From assembly GCA_964234715.1 (NCBI GenBank), contig OZ174280.1: a stretch of 64,000 nucleotides of DNA; one strand, given 5' to 3'. Both the position numbers and the translations under genes were made by a program. Shown here piece by piece: positions 11,568-24,138 of the stretch (within the stretch, counting starts at the first letter, position 1; each line of letters opens with the position of its first letter). The notes beneath the pieces are model-generated. The model was not told where the DNA came from, did no database searches, and saw only the letters and a program-made list of their open reading frames with translations. Source of the stretch: Podarcis melisellensis (lineage: Eukaryota).

Positions 11568-13305
11568 GAAAAAGAATCAGCACATTTTAAATATAGATTC
11601 AGTTTTCCTCCCAACCCAATATAGGCAGGATTCATCATACCCAGTGCACTAGTGGAAACCAGCGCCAGGACTCCCATTAGTGCAACAGGGGTTTTACACT
11701 GCACAGCCCCCCCCCCCGCTCTGGAGAAGTGTTTGAGAGGGGAGAGGGCAAGCAGAAATTATTGTGCTTATGGAACAAGCATAATAGCACAGTGTTGAAT
11801 TCCATCCTCAGCAATATTCAGGTAGGGATGCTCATCAAAGGAGACCTGCTTATCCTTGTGTAACTGCCTAGAGTAAAATCAGAAGCAAAGGCCCCATCGA
11901 GCCTCTTTCTTGAAGCATCTGACTCAAAAATAATAGCAGAAGGGCATAACACAGCACAACCCCAGGATAGAGCCCTGATGGATCATACCAAGTGCCAATT
12001 TCAGGGGGTGGGGTCAGGTCTAAGGGCCAAAGGTAGCCCTCAGGCACCTCTGGGAGGCCCATGGCTTCGTCCCCAAGCCATGTCCCTTCCTTAGGGCACT
12101 CCCTTCGCTAGCCCTGCTCCATGTCCTGCTTAAGTGATTTTGCCTGACTGGAATGTGCCCTTGAGCTCTAATAATGCCTTTTGCTTGCCTGGGCAGAGAT
12201 GTGCAAAAATATTCTCTGTCCATGTTTGCTTCAGACCCTGCCCACCACTAGCATCCTGCACCTGGGAAGTTGCCAATGATGGGAGGGGACCCTCAGGTTG
12301 AAAAATGTTCCTAATCCCTGGCCTATCAAGCCCAGCATCCACTCTCCCAACCAGATGGCTATGTGAGGCTCGCAAGTACGACATGAGGCAAATAGCCCTT
12401 CCTTTCCTTTTCCTCCAGCAACTGGTATTTAGGACTGGCTAGTAGATCCTGAGCAACCACTGCTATGCAGCAAATCAGAGAGAGGAGGGGGGCTCCACAA
12501 AAGACCTCTCCTGAGCTCCATGGAATTCAGAAATGGGATTGATGTGAGATTTTTCTCTAACTGTCTAGCATATGCACTGATAGCAATACTGTAGCTTGGT
12601 AGGCAGAGGGGAACTTTTAGCTCAAAGGAAACATAAACTTGATGCCTGGCTGACTAATGTAAATGGACACCTGGAAAGTCATCATTCCACTGCACAAAGC
12701 CTTTTTATTTAAATTCCTTAAAAAGAAAACACAGTCGATAAATCCTGGATTATAGTATCTGTGCTTTGTGTCTCTTATACCTTGTGTCAGCCCAAGAGTG
12801 TCACTGTGTAGATCACATCCAGCTTTGCTAGGCCTCCAGGGCTATTAAGTCAAATGAGGGATTGCTGCAGACTCATTCTCAAACAGCTGCTGATGTTTAA
12901 TTTTTTTCCATCAAATGCACTGGAAATGAAGATATAATGCACTTAGCATCTGCTAGACTCGCTTTTGCTTGTACCTGGTATGTGAAAAATGGGGGGCGGA
13001 GGTCTGTTTTATCTCCAAATCTACTTCTGATGTGCAATCTCCCTTGAACATCTAGATACCCATTTAACAGCACACTCCAAGCCCTCAAAATCACAGTGTG
13101 AGTTACTGGACTTTAAAACAGTCTCAAGTCTGGGCTCACATTCTAAAGATAGCCATGCTTAGTTCAGCTGCCAAAAATTGCTTCAAAGCATGCAATCGTT
13201 TTTCTTCTCCATCATTTATGTACATCAAAGGATGATGAATTTTGTTTTCCATAACATGAGAAACCACATAGCATGTTCTCCCTGCTTTCTCTGACATCCT
13301 CATTC

Positions 13306-13312
13306 CCTCCCT

Positions 13313-13366
<54 letters not shown>

Positions 13367-13372
13367 AACACA
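13306..13372. repeat. (CCCT)n(CT)n(CA)n microsatellite
   Basis: Seen directly. Confidence 0.97.
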
Positions 13373-14291
13373 CAATATGGTCACTTATGGCAAATTTACA
13401 GAAGGAAAGGCCTGAGGAATTTTGATAGGTTTTAAAGTAGGGAAAGGAGTCACCAGGGCTTTTACCTCATTGGAACACTAGAAAGAAACAAGTGATGGGT
13501 TCTCCCAGTCAAGGTGTTTCAAAATTATTTTTATCAGGCAGTCCACCCCCATATCATAACAGGATTCCCCTTCTTCTATTTCCCCTTCTCCATATTTAAG
13601 ATTCTGTAGTGAGAGGGAAACACTCATTACATTGCTTTGCTCATTGCTTTGCAGCTAATGCATTTTTTTTTAAGGTACCAATCTCCTGTAGGATATTGGA
13701 ACTAACATAAACCTGGACCCACCACCACTGTTCCGCAATAACAACTCTGGATTTTAAAATTATCAGAAGTGAAGTAAGACTGAGCTGAAACCACTCTGCT
13801 TGCAAACAATCCAGGGTTCTCCGAAAGATAGTCTGAAAATGAGTGACATCTCATATTTGACCATTTGATGGTTCATGTGTGATATGAATTAGTGGTCATC
13901 TCCACTGCCTTTCATTGCAAAAAGAAATATCAAGGAGGTTCACAAACAAAAGAAGTTGACAGCTTTTCTTGCATACATTGTATGTGTGTTGCATGTGCAT
14001 AGGGTCTCCCTGTCACAGATGCTATGATCTTGACTGGCTTATGGCTAAGGTTGGAGCTGCGGTTAGATGAGCTGCCACTACAGGAGGGTGCAGATGGCAC
14101 CCTCGGTGGGGAGCAGCCCTGGAGGGAGGAGGGAGCTCTTGCAAGTTGAGCCGAGGGAGGGGGAGGCAGTCCTTTTGGTTCCATCTCCTGCTCCATGCAT
14201 GAAATTGAGAGATTCCCTAGCAACAGGGAGGGTGTTGACTGGCCAGGTGGGGTGGCTGGACAGCTGGAGAAGGAGTCAGTGGGGCTGACCT

Positions 14292-15781
14292 TTGTTGTTG
14301 TTGTTGTTGTTGTTGTTGTTATATACTGCCCTACAGGTCTCAGGGCTGTTCACAGTAAAGATCACGATATATAAAATAAAAATAAAAACAATAACCCAAT
14401 AACAGCCCCCCCCCAAAAAAGAGCCACATTTTAAAAGGGTATAGGATGTCAATCAGGTCAACCAAAAGCCTGGTTAAAAAAGAACCTTTTTGCATGGCGC
14501 CTAAAGGTGTATAGTGAAGGTGCCAGGCAAACTTCCCTGGGGAGAGCATCCCACAGATGGGGAGCCACTGCAGAGAAAGCACGTTCTTGTGTTGCAACCC
14601 TCCAGATCTCTCGAGGAGGAAGCACATGAAGAAGGGCCTCACAAGATTATCTCAGAGTCCGGGTAGGTTCATATGGAAAGAGGCAGTCCTTAAGGTATTG
14701 TGGTCCTGAGCTGTTTAAGGCTTTATAGGTCAAACCAGCACTTTGAATTGAGCCTGGCAGCTAATTGGTAGTCAGTGCAGTCAGACCAGGATCAGTGTAA
14801 TATGCTCAAACCATCTTGTTTCAATGTGCAAACTGGCCACTGAATTCTGCACCAGTCGAAGTTTTTGAACCGTCTTCAGAGGCAACCCTACGTTTAACAT
14901 GTTGCAGTAATCTAACCTTGAAGTTACCAGTGCATAGGGAACAGTAGTTAGGCCAGGTATCCCCAAACTTGACCCTCCAGATGTTTGGGGGCTACAATTA
15001 CCATCATTCCTGACCACTGGTCCTGTTAGCTAGGGATGATGGGAGTTGTAGTCCCAACACATTTGGAGGGCTGGGTTTGGGGATGCCTGAGTTAGGCTAT
15101 CCCTGTCTAGATAGGGGCATAGCTGGCCCACCAGCCAAAACTGATGGAAGGCACTCCAGGCCAATGAGGCTACCTCGAGCGACAGCAAAGGATCCAGGAA
15201 TACCCCAAGCTGCGAACAGGAGAAGTGTAACCCCATCAGGAGCAGGTGACCTCCCACCCATCTGTTCTCGGGAACCACTCATTAACAGTGCTTCAGCCTT
15301 ATCTGGATTGAGCTTCAGTTTGTTGGCTCTCATCCAGTGCATTACCAAGGCAATACACTGGTCCAGCACTTCCACTGACTCACCTGCAGAGGTAAAGGAG
15401 CAATAGAGCTGGGTGTCATCAGCATACTGATAACAACATACTCCAAACCTCCAGATAAAGCCCTGCAGGACCCCACATTGAAGGTTCCACAGGGCTGAAA
15501 AGCACTCCCCAAGTAACATCCTCTGCGAACGACCATCCAAGTAGGACTGGAACCACTGCAAAGCAGTGCCACCCACCCCTAGTTCGAAGAGTCAGTCCAG
15601 AAGGATACCATGGTTGGTGGTATCGAAAGCCACTGAAAGGTCGAGAACAATTACCAGAGACATGTTTCCCTTGTCCCTCTCTCTTGACAGAGGTCATCAT
15701 ACAGGGCATCAAAGCAGTTTCTGTGCCAAAGCCAGGCCTTATCCCCAATTAAAATGGATCCAGAAAATCAGTCTATCCCAT
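14292..15781 (-). mobile_element. L2-clade LINE 3' fragment (RT) with internal deletions
   Basis: Translations QYADDTQLY, WMRANKLKLNPDK, ALVTSRLDYCN and GFGTETAL; L2-type 3' UTR and microsatellite tail. Confidence 0.92.
14954..15089. mobile_element. hAT MITE nested in the L2
   Basis: CAGGTATCCCCAAAC...GTTTGGGGATGCCTG with perfect 8-bp TSD AGTTAGGC. Confidence 0.92.
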
Positions 15782-16535
15782 CACTGTGGGCCTTCTGCAG
15801 AGCGGGTGCAGCTGAGTACACTTGTCCCAGGCCTTGGAGGACTAAGCTAAGGGCCTGCCAGACTTACAGTGTCATGTCAGAAATGACCTGTGCCTTCCAT
15901 CTGCCCTAGGCCTCAGACAAGCTCTGCATGGGCCTGCATCACCAAGAACGCAATTCCATTGGAAACAGATCAGCCTACACCCAACCACCCTCATAAGAAC
16001 AGTTTCAGAAGTGAGAAAACTGCTTCTCACCATTAAAAGCTGGTAGGAACGGTGTGTCAATTTGTTGAGACATCGCTGCAGCTTTCATGCAGTCTCAAAC
16101 TCCTGATATTGTTCTTGAATTTTCTAGCTGCACCTTTGATGTTCTGCGCCTGTAGTTTCCCCCCCCTACTAACAGATAATAATTTTGGTCATCGGGGGCA
16201 GGAGCCAGGGCATTCCTTCTGACTGTGAACACTTTAATTTTTTATTTTTTTAAAAAAATAATGATTTAGATGCACTTAGCTACAGTGGTCTGTAAGCAGC
16301 ATAGTGATTATGCAGAGTTTCTCAACATGTGTTGATGGTGTTGGGAAGGACCAGCAGGGGATGTAATGGCAGAGGCGAGTCAGCTGGCTCACCACTACGT
16401 GGCTTGCAATCATGGGGAATGATTGCCTGAAAAAGGCTATTGAAATCTTAAAATACCTGACACCACCTTTGTGGGAGTCCAATGAGCAACTGCCCATTAT
16501 TTCCCCTTTCTATAAAAACAGAAACCGTGTTTATT

Positions 16536-16930
16536 CCTATCTAACCATCTAGCACCTTTCTTGTCCCCTATGAGTATACAAATATAAATGCTAACGACTT
16601 CTCGATTTCTGCAGCAATTTCCATCAGCATCCTGGGGTGTAATTCATCAGCCCCTGCTGGCTGAATTCATATGCATTGGACAAATATTCTTTAATTTGCT
16701 GCATTTCCGGGGCTGACCTACAAACCTTCCTCCACCTTGCGTGTTGTTTGACTGCGATTTACATTTGCCTTTGAAGTCTCATACAAAGTAAAAGTTAAGC
16801 AATTTATTTTTGTCTTGCATGAATAGTGTTTTTTTTCTCAAGCTGAGCCATAAGTTAAGACATGTTCTCACTTTGTGTTGCCTTCCTTTTGCTTCTACCA
16901 GATGATTTGTTCGTAGAAGACTTTGCAAAC
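16536..16930 (-). mobile_element. Ancient CR1 ORF2 fragment (linker / pre-RT region)
   Basis: Minus strand reads RSKRK..KLLNFYF..QIKEYL..PAGADELHPRMLMEIAAEIEKSLAFIF, matching the CR1 motif SAGPDxIHPRVLKELAxxIxEPLxIIF. Confidence 0.75.
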
Positions 16931-17073
16931 AGCAATTTGCTGTTCGTTAGTATTTGCCTGACTGAATTTGACATCTGATACTAATTCTAACCATGCACCG
17001 AGTTCTGTCAGCACCTGTATGTTCCCATTCATGGCCTGTCAGGTTCTGTGGGTGATACTTATAAAATGCTGCT

Positions 17074-17438
17074 AAAAGGTAAAGGTAAAGGTACCCCTGC
17101 CCGTACGGGCCAGTCTTGACAGACTCTGGGGTTGTGCGCCCATCTCACTTAAGAGGCCAGGGGCCAGCGCTGTCTGGAGACACTTCCGGGTCACATGGCC
17201 AGTGTGACATCGCTGCTCTGGCGAGCCAGAGCTGCACACGGAAACGCCGTTTACCTTCCCGCTGGTAAGCGGTCCCTATTTATCTACTTGCACCTGGAGG
17301 TGCTTTTGAACTGCTAGGTTGGCAGGCGCTGGGACCGAGCAGTGGGAGCGCACCCCGCAGCAGGGATTCGAACCGCCGACCTTTCGATCAGCAAGTCCTA
17401 GGCGCTGAGGCTTTAACCCACAGCGCCACCTGTGTCCC
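17074..17438 (-). mobile_element. Sauria SINE, full length
   Basis: A-box and B-box head (GGTGGCGCTGTGGG, GGTTCGAATCCC), (ACCTTT)n tail, 14-bp TSD TATAAAATGCTGCT. Confidence 0.95.
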
Positions 17439-17599
17439 TATAAAATGCTGCTGCTGAATGGTAATTATGGTGGGATGACCTGTCCATGGTGCTGAAATCC
17501 TTTCTTATACAGAGATCTGCACAACTGGTAGCATTATGTACCTGGCCGTCCACAGTTGATGCTTGGTAGCAACTATTCTGTGGCTACTCTTTGGGTTCA

Positions 17600-18290
17600 T
17601 TCTTTCTTTTCTTTCTTTCTTCTTTTTTTAAAAAATGAATTTTATTAGTATTTTCCACACAACAACAACACGAAAGCTATCAAAAAATAACAATACACAA
17701 CACACAAAAATCAGCATTCGAAAACTAAAAAAACAAACAAAACAAAAACAAACAAATCCATATCTTAAAAATTCATATTATAAACACTAAAACAACAACA
17801 ACAAGACATTGACTTCCACCAATCCCACAGCACCTCCTTTATCTCTCATTGTGTCTTCCTGTTTTCCTCTTTTCTTTATCCACTCTATCCTAACATCTAG
17901 ATATAAATCCTTCTTTCATATCCTTTCACTTCACAAGGTTATTCCAGACTCAGCCAGATTTCTGCCCTCAAACCTTGACTTTTGAGGTATTCATTTAGGC
18001 ACTCCCATTCTTTTTTTACTTCACTTTTTGGTTTTTGTCTTATTATATCTGTCAGTTTGGCTAATTCTAAGTATTCTGAGAGCTTACATAGCCACTCTCC
18101 CCTAGCCTCTCTCCTCTTTGGGTTCTTTCAAGAACCTGCTTGTAAATACAACAAAGTCCTCTTCTCTCCTTATTAGCCTCCATGATCATCACTTTCTGGG
18201 TTATATAGAAATAAGTCTCAAAGCTCTGCCACTTGCCTTTTGCTCAAAACTTCAAAACCAATGGACAAAACCAAGCCTGCTTTCCTTCCA
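17600..18290 (-). mobile_element. L1 LINE 3' end
   Basis: Minus strand encodes GEWLCKLSEYLELAKLTDIIRQK...KKEWECLNEYL (resembles the squamate L1 ORF2 C-terminus), followed by a T/G-rich UTR, AATAAA and an A-rich tail. Confidence 0.8.
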
Positions 18291-19253
18291 GCTGTATTTT
18301 AGTATAATAGAAAGGAAGCCAGTGTGATGCCCTCCAGGTGTTGTGGACTACAACTCCCATAACCCACAGCCTGCATGGTCAGTGATCAAGAATGATGGGA
18401 GTTGTAGTCCACAATATCTGGACTACCTGTGTGCAAAACCTCCCCCCATTTGCTGTTGACTCAGAGACAACATACAAGAAGACATGAACAATTTAAGCCC
18501 AAATGTTGTTTTGTGATTAATTTGTATTCACTTGGATAAATTTGTATTCAGTCGTAACTAGAACTTTATTTGATGTTTTACATGAACAGACAGTCACTTA
18601 GGACCATGTTACGCTAATGTGTTTGGGATCTGTGTGTGTTTTATCCATAGATTAATTTTCTTCAACAAGATTACTCTTGGTGAATAGGATTTGTCTTCTA
18701 ATGCCTTAAAGAAAACATATCTTTGGTTGCCTCTAAGTTCTTTTAAGTATATCTCAGAGTAGATTTGTTCCAACAAAGAGTTCATATTGAAGAAGGCTTT
18801 GAAATACAATGAAAGAGACAAACGTATTTAGTGTGTCAGGCAGTGTATACTAAATCAGAATTAATGGAAACAGACAAATGAGCAGGGAATTATCATGATC
18901 AATTAAACATATGCATTAATAATGGGGCGGGAGGGTAAGTTGACACAGAGTGCATTTCTGGAGTATATTTCCTAGTGTTAAATTTTCTATATTAAATGAC
19001 CTGCTCTATGAAGATTGGAACTTGCCTACTATGGACTGGATCTTGCGTTTCTCTGAAGGCTGTGTGGCAGTTCTCTGAAGCTTAAACAAATCAAAATGAA
19101 TTTTTTGAGACAAAATATGCATTTAAAATACGTATTTTGAGAGGTTTGGGAGGGGTACTGCAGATTAGCACAGAAACAGGATAGAATGGAATCATGAGCA
19201 TCAGCATGTGAAAGAGATTTCTCCCTCCCTAAAATGGAAGAATGGTAAATCAT

Positions 19254-19284
<31 letters not shown>

Positions 19285-19433
19285 CTCTGAAGTTAGAATG
19301 TAAAAAAGTTAGAATGTGTGTGATCGTTTTGATGAAAGCACACTTCAAATTAAAAATGCTGTAATCTATCCAGATCCTAATGTACCAGATACCACTGCAT
19401 GTTATCAGTTAAATGCCATTAGATTAAAAATGC

Positions 19434-19482
<49 letters not shown>

Positions 19483-19515
19483 TTATTTATACCCCACCCA
19501 TCTGGCTGGGTTTCC
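19434..19515 (-). repeat. (AAT)n microsatellite derived from an L2 3' tail
   Basis: Repeat followed by TTTATTTATACCCCACCCATCTGGCTGGG, the reverse complement of the L2 end at ~31440-31480. Confidence 0.85.
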
Positions 19516-19739
19516 ATCAAATAGTCAAATATGAGATGCCACTCATTTTCAGACTGTTTTTCTGGGAACCCTGGATTGCAAGCTTAATATGAATTACTCA
19601 AAGAGGAGATCCATACAGGTGCACCAGCATCTGTGAAAGAAAGCTTGACCTTTCACTGCTATGAAACCATTGTGTAGGCTTTTAAGGAAGCATTCTCAGG
19701 GCACAGCTGGGATTATGAAACTGGATAGAAACCTGTATA

Positions 19740-19935
19740 TTAATTTATTGTTTTATTTATTACATATATACATTGCCTTTTCTCTAAGAAGCTCAAGGTG
19801 CAGCGTCCACAAGATGAGATTAGCAAGGGGTGGTGACTTGTCTACAGTGTCTCATTGAGTTACATAGTGGAGTGTGAGTTTGAACCAAGGTCTTCCTAGT
19901 TCTAGTCAGATACCACCATACAACACTGGCTCTCA
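19740..19935 (-). mobile_element. Degenerate MIR/Squam3-like SINE
   Basis: TTTGAACC (B box, antisense) and ACACTGGCTCTC head; similar to 37189-37458. Confidence 0.6.
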
Positions 19936-20054
19936 TATACTAAGAGTGAAATCTAATGCCCCAGAATCCTCTGCAATATGGAGATGGGCTTTTTGGCAGA
20001 CAAGGTTATGTTTGGAATTCACCATGATAGACTAATGCATATCAGTTTCCAATA

Positions 20055-20279
20055 CAGTGATCCCTCAGGTTACATACCACTCTGGATATGTAACTTTCAG
20101 GTTACGAACACGGCAAACCTGGAAGTGTATTCTTCCGGGTTTCACTGCATGCGTATGCACAGAAGCCCTCTATCGTGCTGCGTGTGTGCGTGCACAAAAG
20201 CGGCACCTCTGGTTACAGAATTTTTGGGGTGCGCACAGACCCCAGTAATGAATTAAATCCATAATCAGAGGGTCCACTG
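20055..20279. mobile_element. Tc1/mariner (Tigger-like) MITE, second family
   Basis: TA-CAGTGATCCCTC...GAGGGTCCACTG-TA. Confidence 0.85.
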
Positions 20280-22839
20280 TACTGTCATACACCACCATTG
20301 CATACAAACTGACAAATAAAAAGGCAGGGATTAAATATTGAAGTAAAATATCACTGGGTGCCAAATAGAGAAATCAAATATTTGATGAATATTTAGGAGC
20401 TTTTTGAGCTTTCAGAAAATACGTGAAGAACATTTAACACTAAATGTCACAAAAGAGTTTGGGATGAAAATTGGTTTCAGTTCGACAGTACCCTCTCCAC
20501 CCTGCCCCACAAAAGGAAAATTGTGCCATAGTCTGTTAAAACCTGCAATTACTGTCTATCTCCAAAAAATTATGACCTGTTTTTAATTTAAAAATGAATA
20601 TTATATAACAACTAGGATAAATGATCATGGCTTAATTTAACCCAGGTCTCTGCAGTTCATCCCTGGAAAAAAGAGGATATTCTCAGACCATGTGCAGACT
20701 GAATTTTTGTCACACAGTTATTGTCAACCTACACACAGGATTACATTGATATTGAATATTGTTTATGAAATAAGAAACATGAATAGCAAATGCTGAATAG
20801 TGAATCAAGTATTATTCATAGTGTAGAAGAAACTTGTAGGTTTTCAAATATCTCCTGGAGTGGGGGGAGAACCAGTTGTAGCTCAGTTGTGGAGCCAATG
20901 TCCAGCATGCATGAGTCCTTGGAATCATGCTGAAAGGAACAGTCAGAGACCTTGGAGATCTGCTGGCAGTCAGTATTGGGCTAGGTGGACAAATGCTCTG
21001 AGGTTATAGAACAGGAGGGGACCTTTGGCCCTCTAGATGTTGCCATCAGGCACTGCCAACAGCCCAAGCAAACAGGGGCAATTACCAGGGATTATGGGAG
21101 CTGTAGTTCACCAACATTCAGAAGACCACAGGTTCCTTGCTTTTGTTGTAGAAGACAGTTTTGTACATTTCTTTGTGCTGTCTGAAATCAGATACCCATC
21201 TGATATGGAAAAGTGCCATACAAACAGCTTCTGCTGTTGCAATCCCCAAAAGACATTCCCAAAATTCAAGAGCTTCTAACAAAGCACAAGGGGCTGTAAA
21301 AAGGACTCAAACCAGGCAGTACTTTCTGTATGTAGGAGCACTTGAATTCATATTCAGGCTTCTTTAGTTTGTGGCACAAATTCTTCTGTACGGTTGCAGC
21401 ATTGGCTTGGCAGATCGCAGGATTGTTTAAACCTGCATTCTGAATGGCACTTTGCAAATGCTAACAAAAGCATCATCATTAACACAGGTAGCTGTGCCTT
21501 ACTGCTGTCAGAACAGATACTCTAAGGCTCTGCTATTCAGTACTTTCAGAGTTCCAATAATAATGGCTGAACTACATTGCATGTGAAGCATCAAATGTTG
21601 TCAGATATCAACTATCGGGTATAAAATGTGCCCCCCAATGGATATTATTACATTTATATCCTGCCTTTCTTCCATCCTGGAATGCAAGGTGGGATAAATG
21701 GGGTTCCCAAGTGGTTATCCATCCAGACACTAACCAGACCCAGACCTCCAGCTGTAGTCAAATATTCAGAAAACCTCCCTAGGTTTTCTGTCTGGGATGG
21801 TTTTATATCCATTAGTCAGTGAACATTAGATAAAGGAATTATCAGAGGACAATTTGGGAATGCTTTAGCAGTGCAAATTCATTGTAGCTCTGCCCAGTCT
21901 AATAATGCCCCCTTCATTCAGCTTTCATACCATTGGCATGGACTTTGAGCACCAATAACCTTTTAAAACGAATGTTTGATGTAAACGTCTAATAAAAAGA
22001 AAACCTCTATGTGAAGAATATTTAACACTAAATGTCACAAAAGCATTAAATATTCTCTGCACAATAGCTTTATTTGTCCATTGATCTTTCTTTTAAAAAA
22101 CAACAACGAAAGGCTTTGCCAGACAACGTAACACATTTCCCTTTTTTATTTATATACACACAATAGGCAAGGAATCATTTCTGAACAAGTAAATCCTTCC
22201 TCTTCCCATAAATAAAGAATAATTTGGCATGGGGAGACACATGGATGGAGGGTGGGTGGAACTGAGTAATAGAGCTCTCAGTTTTTCTGTAAATTAGGAA
22301 TGCCCGGTTTGACAACCAACAAGTTGTCTTCATCAATTTGCTTTCTCCACACAGTGCAAGTCCTCAAAAATAAAGCTTCCTGTCCATTTCATACCTAATC
22401 ATGTATATCATAAATCCAACAGAACAGAGACTGCTTGTCAGGCTCAAAAGATCACCAGGGGCGTTTGTGTGGAAGTGTGATAATGGCAAGACGTTTGCTT
22501 TCATATTCTCAGTCTGCCTTAACAGGATCATGGAAACTCAGATGCTCCAGGGAAGAAATATGTAGTAATTAGTGCTGTGCTGAAAATTTATCCCATGTTT
22601 TCCCCCAACCACCACCACCACCAATCTCCATCAGTGAAGGAGAAAAATTGGGTTCAAAACTATCAAAGAGGGGGGAGAAAAAATCAGTGAAACTTTCAGG
22701 GGTAGGTATATTTTAGCCTTATTTGCTACTTGTCACATCCTTGTGGTGAGCTGGTGAACTGTTTGATCCTCAGCACATCTCTTCTGTATCTTAGACATCC
22801 TTTGCTAATGCCATGGCTATGGTGTGCTACCAGGGTCAG

Positions 22840-23444
22840 AAAGTTTCATATGGTAAGAAAGACACAATGTTTGGTTTCTGCCTCCTGCCAGTTCACACCC
22901 AGAGCTTTGATGTTTGTTTGTTTTCCCTTTAATGGCACATTTTATGTTGATAGGGATTTGCCTATGGGATGTTCTGACTCATGCATGGCCTTTGAGATGT
23001 TTAGTGCAGTGCCTGAGTGGGCAGTGAGGTCATAGGAGCCAACTCCTAGGGGTCAAGGTCCCTTCGCCACCCCCAGTAAAATATTTGAGGGGGCTCCCTC
23101 AAGTTGATGGGCATTGCCATTCAAATGGTGTTTGTGGACCACATTATGTGATCAGTTATGCAGGGCGTGGCTTACCTGTCCCCCACAATAGTTTATTCAA
23201 GTTGTCACCCCGGGTGACACACAGGATTGGCTCTGAGTTTGTTTTCCATTATTTGTATAATTTTGTCTTTGCTGGTGTGATGAACTTGGATGATTGTTGC
23301 TGACTTATTTGACTAATTGGCATTCAGTGTGGGTAGCTAAGGAGAGGTAAGATCTGAATTTATTGCAATCTTGAGGCGTTGTGGGTGTTGGGGTGCTCTT
23401 GAGTTATTTCCCAAAGCCAGAGGTTTGGGGGTTCCCTTAGTGCC
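22840..23444 (+). pseudogene. DIRS/Ngaro-type tyrosine-recombinase retrotransposon RT relic
   Basis: FYVDRDLPMGCSDSCMAFEMFSAVPEWAVR, then after a MITE HYLYNFVFAG (decayed HYLDDFLFxG) and GVPL. Confidence 0.8.
23031..23213. mobile_element. hAT-like MITE nested in the DIRS relic
   Basis: CATAGGAGCCAACT...AGTTGTCACCCC imperfect TIRs; interrupts the RT between motifs B and C. Confidence 0.65.
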
Positions 23445-24138
23445 TGATGTGGACTTCATGGTGAACGTTTGACTGTACGGCCCAGGTGCACCAGTTGGAC
23501 TTCACTTACCCAAGGCTCACTTAGCAAGGAGCGAATATTAGAGAGCTAGCATCAGCTCTCCCCATCCTTGGCTGGGGAGCAGCTAACCCATTTTACATGC
23601 CACAGTGTGAGGGATAATTTTCTTATATGCAAGCATCGACTCCCTCTATCCAAACATAGTTGTTTGGCTAATTTGGCAGATCCTCACAGTTGTTCTATTT
23701 TAATAAATATAAGCCTTTTACCACTTATTAAAGTTTCTCGAGTCTTCTTTCTGGGTGTAGGGGCAATTCTTCCTTTTAATTTCCTCCTTAGCTATAGTTC
23801 CATAGCACAGTCCTTGTTTGGAAAAGTTTATTTTCTGTGCTAGGTGTTTTAGAGAGGGTTAGTGTTTGCTAGTTTACAAATGCTTCCTCGTTCGAGCCTT
23901 AATTTCTCTCGTAAATTTCGAACTGGGGTCATCTCAGCAGGGGCTGGGAAAGGGAATGTGTCTCATTTCATACAAAGCACTACAGCCAATATAAGAACGA
24001 GCCCTTGATGCCTAACTACAATTGTTCAAGTGGAACTAGAGTAACCTAAATGAAGCTGCGCCTTGGGAGACCAAGCTGAATCGACTGCGAGCGGAGGCAA
24101 AATTCCCTAGGCAGATGGCAAAAGTTTTGCGGCTGACA
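23445..24138 (+). mobile_element. Probable solo LTR (~694 bp)
   Basis: TG...GACA ends, near-TSD TGCC/TGCT, AATAAA near 23702, CpG-richer than flanks; begins exactly where DIRS similarity stops. Confidence 0.55.

Larger units (their letters stand above)
14011..16232 (+). mobile_element. Degenerate LTR split by an L2 insertion (LTR parts ~14011-14291 and ~15782-16232)
   Basis: Starts TGTCACAG; purine-rich U3-like frame; SPRT motif at 15939-15950. Right end and TSD uncertain. Confidence 0.5.
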
